Source: Gemmatimonadaceae bacterium (GTDB taxonomy: Bacteria; Gemmatimonadota; Gemmatimonadetes; Gemmatimonadales; Gemmatimonadaceae). Taken from it: a stretch of 64,000 nucleotides of DNA. The notes beneath the pieces are model-generated. The model saw nothing but the letters and a program-made list of their open reading frames with translations. It did not search any database and was not told the DNA's origin. The number at the start of each line of letters is the position of its first letter. The stretch's first letter is position 1. This document shows positions 60,260 to 64,000 of the stretch, one piece after another. Both the position numbers and the translations under genes were made by a program. The DNA is taken from assembly GCA_045803545.1 (NCBI GenBank), contig JBJMOW010000006.1, forward strand, positions 32,001 through 96,000. Reading direction: 5' to 3'.

Positions 60260-61165
60260 CTAGCTCCGGGCACCAGCGTCGAGTGCATCGAAGAATTCGC
60301 CAGCACTGCGATAGCGATGCGAGCGAACCTTGGCCAGCGATTTCATGACAACTCCGTCCACGCGCCTCGGCAGCTCTGGCCGCACTGTTCTCATCGACCG
60401 CGGCGCCTCGGCGCAGTGTCGAGCGAGGATGGCCTGCTCCGACGGGCCAGTGAACGGTGGGTCGCCAGTGAGCATCTCGTAGACGACGCAGCCGAATGCG
60501 TAGACGTCGGTCCGCTGATCGAGCTCACGTACGGCGCTGCACTGCTCCGGACTCATATACTGCGCGGTGCCCAGCGACACGCCGGAGATCGTGATGGCAT
60601 CGTCGCGTTTGACGGCCACCGCCCGCGCAATTCCGAAGTCGGCGACGACCGCCTGATTGCCGCTAAGCAGAATGTTGGCGGGCTTGATGTCGCGGTGGAT
60701 CAGCCCGCGCGAGTGCGCGTAGTCCAGCGCTGCCGCAACATCACTGGCGATCGACACGGTGTCCGCCAGCGTCAATCGTTGCTCGCGGCGAATCTTCATT
60801 TCGAGAGTGTCGCCCTCGACGTAGGGCGTGGTAAAGAAAACCTGACCGGAAACGGTGCCCGAGTCGAGCATCGGCAGCACGTTCGGATGTTGCAGTTTGT
60901 GGATGATGTCGATCTCACGCAGGAAGCGCTTTCGTCCGATCGCGGTGGTGACTTCCGGTCGCAAAATCTTTATCGCGACGAGGTGTTTTCGCTCGCTGTC
61001 GTGAACGAGGAAGACATGCGCGGCACCGCCTGCACCGATTTCGCTACGAAACTCGTAACGACTGGGGAGCGCGGCGACGAGGCGCTGCATGGTGGCCGCG
61101 CGTAAAGACGTGGTGCCGCGTCTACTGCTGCTGCTTTCTGACCCGGATCGTTGACTCTGCAACAC
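60260..61165 (-). CDS. Stand-alone Ser/Thr kinase (tandem paralog)
   Basis: GAGGAAHVF, VAIK, HRDIKPAN, DFG, GTAQYMSPE. Start may be ATG at 61090. Confidence 0.92.
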   Translation of the reverse strand: MLQSQRSGSESSSSRRGTTSLRAATMQRLVAALPSRYEFRSEIGAGGAAHVFLVHDSERKHLVAIKILRPEVTTAIGRKRFLREIDIIHKLQHPNVLPMLDSGTVSGQVFFTTPYVEGDTLEMKIRREQRLTLADTVSIASDVAAALDYAHSRGLIHRDIKPANILLSGNQAVVADFGIARAVAVKRDDAITISGVSLGTAQYMSPEQCSAVRELDQRTDVYAFGCVVYEMLTGDPPFTGPSEQAILARHCAEAPRSMRTVRPELPRRVDGVVMKSLAKVRSHRYRSAGEFFDALDAGARS

Positions 61166-61683
61166 GATCCACCCCCGGAGACTCTACGACCTGAGTATAG
61201 GGAGATGTCGGGAGGAGTGTTAGTGGCAGCAACTTTTCGCCCGTACTTGTCGTAATTTATTAGTACAACTCGTCGGGGTCTCACTCAGCGCGCGAATATC
61301 GATCTCCCAGGGGAATGGCCCCTGGCGAATCGTGATTTATGTTTTGGCTTGCGTTCCTGATTTGGAAAACGAGACAGCCAGGCGGCATCCCAGCCAATAG
61401 TGTCCAGCGTAAAAATCAGCATTCCAATGATCGCGACTGGCCCGGTGCCTCCGTCGCAGATCGTCCGTGAATTTCAGGGCGCGCTTCCAACGGTTGGCGC
61501 GATCGCCTTTATCGCCCACATCATCCGCGAAGGACTGGAGAGCGTCGATTATACGGACTTCAGAAGCCTGACCGCGTTGTCGGACGATTATCTCGTTCAG
61601 CAGGCCAACCTCGCGAAGGCCGTTCCGAACGATGTCTGGATTCGGAACGGGTTTTACCCGCTAGGCGAATGGCAGTCGAGCGA

Positions 61684-61983
61684 CTAGCTCGGAAATGCTT
61701 CGCGCTCCCGTGCGGTAGCAGCCGTCGGCACCAGCGCTCGCTCGAGAGCGCCCATCAGGTAGACACGCGACAGACCCTGCGCCCAGTACATCACCGCGTC
61801 ACGATTCGGCTGGGTGGTCTCACGTCCGGACGACACTGACTCACCGCCGTCCCTCGCTGGCGTAAAAACCAACCAGCCTTCCCAGAGATTGTCATCCCGC
61901 CGGCACGTCATTGCCTGCACGACGTACGGCGTCCCATCACGTCGCGGGATTGGCTGGTCGAACCTTACCAGGGTCTCTGTCAT
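61684..61983 (-). CDS. Small hypothetical protein
   Basis: WEGWLVF...GRETTQPNR...YWAQGL..VYL.GALERA; GGAGG RBS. Confidence 0.75.
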   Translation of the reverse strand: MTETLVRFDQPIPRRDGTPYVVQAMTCRRDDNLWEGWLVFTPARDGGESVSSGRETTQPNRDAVMYWAQGLSRVYLMGALERALVPTAATAREREAFPS

Positions 61984-62081
61984 CGCAACCTCCGTCAGGG
62001 ACAACGCCCATTTCAGGGCAACCGGCATGCCCCCACAGTTCCCGGGGAACCTTCGGGGCGGCTGTTTTTGTATGATGAGGT

Positions 62082-62774
62082 ATGTCGTTGCCCGGTCACG
62101 TATTCTCCGCGCCTGACGGCGTGCGCGGGTTCGATACCACTGAGAGCGTAACGCCGAACACCGCCGTTGCCTTCCGGCGCGCGGGCTACCGTTTTTGCGT
62201 TCGATACGTGCGCCGCGACAAACCGCACCCCTCTGCCCTCAAGGTGAATGAAGCGAAGTCGTTGCTGAGTGCCGGCATCGGCGTGATGATCGTGCAATAC
62301 GTGGAGTCGGAAACTGCCTGGAGTCCGAGCGGCGCCAAGGGCACCAGGAACGGCGGCGTGGCCGCAAGCGAGTGCGAGCTCCTGGGCGTGCCGTGGGGCG
62401 TAACCGTCTGGTGCGATCTGGAAGGTGTCGCGTCTGGTACTCCACCTCAACGCGTCATTGATTACTGCAACGCATGGCACTCCGCGGTTTCAGGCGCCGG
62501 CTATGTGCCCGGTGTGTACGTCGGCTACCGCGCCGGCCTGACTCCGAGTCGCCTTTATCGCTCGCTCAAATTCACGCACTACTGGGGCGCTTACAATCTG
62601 AACGTCGATCGGTATCCGGCAGTGCGCGGCGTTCAGATGAAACAGTCGAGGGCAAGAGCGAGCGATCGCCCCAAGGGAACCACCATCGATTTCCAAACTG
62701 ATCGTGTGCGCGGTGACTCGCTTGGTGGACGGCCGACTCTGCTCGCACTCGAGGGCTGGCCGGAAATTCCTTAG
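62082..62774 (+). CDS. DUF1906 / GH25-like glycoside hydrolase domain protein
   Basis: GFDT, GYRFCVRYV, WCDLEG, GY.PGVYVG; GAGG RBS. Confidence 0.8.
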   Translation: MSLPGHVFSAPDGVRGFDTTESVTPNTAVAFRRAGYRFCVRYVRRDKPHPSALKVNEAKSLLSAGIGVMIVQYVESETAWSPSGAKGTRNGGVAASECELLGVPWGVTVWCDLEGVASGTPPQRVIDYCNAWHSAVSGAGYVPGVYVGYRAGLTPSRLYRSLKFTHYWGAYNLNVDRYPAVRGVQMKQSRARASDRPKGTTIDFQTDRVRGDSLGGRPTLLALEGWPEIP

Positions 62775-62789
62775 CCCTCGTTGCCGGAA

Positions 62790-63656
62790 CTAACCGCGTT
62801 CTTCGAGAATCAGTCGCTGGTGCGCGTAGTCGAAAATGCAGACGAATTTGCTCCAGATGCCGTTCCCCACGATGCCGATCTCTGACGCGACTCCTGGAAT
62901 TTTCGTAAACAGCGAGCGGCCGATCCTCACCGTATCGAGCGTACCGATCAGAGCTTCGTATGATCGTCCCAGGCCCGTCGTAGCGACCGTGACGCCGCGC
63001 GCTTTGGCGTTGCGACGAACGCTCTTGTCATCGACGAAATCTTCAGAACCGGTATCCACAATCAGACTGCGCACTATCTCGGGCCGATTTGCGGTGCGAA
63101 TCCGCACCTGGACTCTCGGCTGGTGTCTAACCAGCTCCAACCTCACGGTGTCGCCCGTTCCCGTGTAGCGATAGCGCCGAGGGTCGTAAAGCGTGACAGT
63201 GTGGTTGGAGAAATCGATGCGCACGATGTAGCGCGCAAAGAATTCGTAGCCGAGTATGCCGGTTAGGGGATGAGTCGGGTCGAGGTTCGCGCTGCGCAGA
63301 TCGATGGCGCCAAAGTGATCGCAGGATGGGAGCGCCTTACCGGCGATACGCACCCGAACTCGACTGCGAATCGAGTCGAGGCGAAAGCTTCCCTTGCCCG
63401 CCCCGTGAAGATTTCGTTGCCCGCGGAGGACCATCCCTGCATTCCGCGCGGTGGTCCGATCGAGGAGGCATTCGCTCGCGCCAGAATCCAGCGCCCACCA
63501 GCCCGCCTCACCATCGTTGACATGGGCCGATAGGTATATGGCCGGATGCGCGTCCGCTGCGAATGGAAGTGTTGCAATTAGCCCGTTCTGGGCCTCAACC
63601 GTGGCCGTGCGCAGCGCGACGCCAAAGATGACAGCGAGCCATACTTTTACCTGCAT
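62790..63656 (-). CDS. Exported aspartyl protease (two retropepsin-like domains)
   Basis: LDSGA and VDTGS catalytic motifs; GILGYEFF and GIVGNG; signal peptide from ATG 63656. Confidence 0.85.
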   Translation of the reverse strand: MQVKVWLAVIFGVALRTATVEAQNGLIATLPFAADAHPAIYLSAHVNDGEAGWWALDSGASECLLDRTTARNAGMVLRGQRNLHGAGKGSFRLDSIRSRVRVRIAGKALPSCDHFGAIDLRSANLDPTHPLTGILGYEFFARYIVRIDFSNHTVTLYDPRRYRYTGTGDTVRLELVRHQPRVQVRIRTANRPEIVRSLIVDTGSEDFVDDKSVRRNAKARGVTVATTGLGRSYEALIGTLDTVRIGRSLFTKIPGVASEIGIVGNGIWSKFVCIFDYAHQRLILEERG

Positions 63657-63713
63657 ACATAAAAGGTAGTCTTCCGACTGCAGCCGGCACCGCTGAACCC
63701 TTAGTTTTTGCCC

Positions 63714-64000
63714 ATGGCACGACGGAAGCTCCCGCGCGTTCCGAAGCGAATTGTTGAGCTGGTCGAGGATCTTCGCAAAAAAGAAGATCGTCTCGCGCTC
63801 GCGCTCAGCCTTTTCATTGGCGCGCTCGTTGGACTGGTTGTCGTCGGCTTCATCCTGCTCACCGGACGACTCGCCGCGCACACTTATCCAGCGGGCGGAC
63901 CTGGTTGGCGACGACTCGTCACACCGATCGTCGGATCGCTGATCGCAGGCTACCTGCTCTTTCGCTACTTCCCACTCGCGCGCGGCAGCGGAATTCCACA
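63714..64000 (+). CDS. ClC chloride channel/antiporter, N-terminal part (runs off window end)
   Basis: Manual translation MARRKLP...IGALVGLVVVGF...LFRYFPLARGSGIP contains the GSGIP selectivity motif. Confidence 0.85.
   Translation, partial: MARRKLPRVPKRIVELVEDLRKKEDRLALALSLFIGALVGLVVVGFILLTGRLAAHTYPAGGPGWRRLVTPIVGSLIAGYLLFRYFPLARGSGIP

Noticed and set aside
61400..61687. 95 aa ORF between the kinase and the small hypothetical gene
   Set aside because: Could be real, but there is no RBS or motif support, so it is left uncalled.
63660..64000. Fluoride riboswitch / ClC-F exporter
   Set aside because: The protein has the chloride-type GSGIP motif, and no crcB riboswitch consensus is seen upstream.

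Overview
High-GC bacterial chromosome segment. Gene content suggests Gemmatimonadota or a similar soil lineage (many Hanks-type Ser/Thr kinases, carboxypeptidase-regulatory-domain receptors, small lineage-type ORFs); this is an inference, not a database result. The backbone comprises a ccmE-ccmF-ccmH-like cytochrome c maturation cluster, topoisomerase IB, a crotonase, and the replication-region genes recF, dciA (DUF721) and gyrB, which are spread apart by accessory blocks. Accessory content: (i) a kaiB-kaiC-mtfA-like operon divergent from a PAS histidine kinase, with no kaiA in the window; (ii) a compact type II FAS/PKS-like module (ER, DH, KS, ACP, divergent KR-like SDR) co-oriented with an exported protein; (iii) an AT-richer island after the gyrB terminator with a Hachiman-like nuclease/Ski2-helicase pair plus a HEPN-like gene; (iv) two blocks (kinase/dodecin; RCC1 protein/S8 protease/AraC/DUF2207) delimited by direct-repeat copies of the 3' end of an amidohydrolase gene, with no integrase visible. 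There are also two ~140 bp palindromic repeats and four (GGGAAGC/GGGAGGC)n heptamer arrays. No rRNA, tRNA, CRISPR array or transposase was recognised. All calls come from reading motifs by eye.
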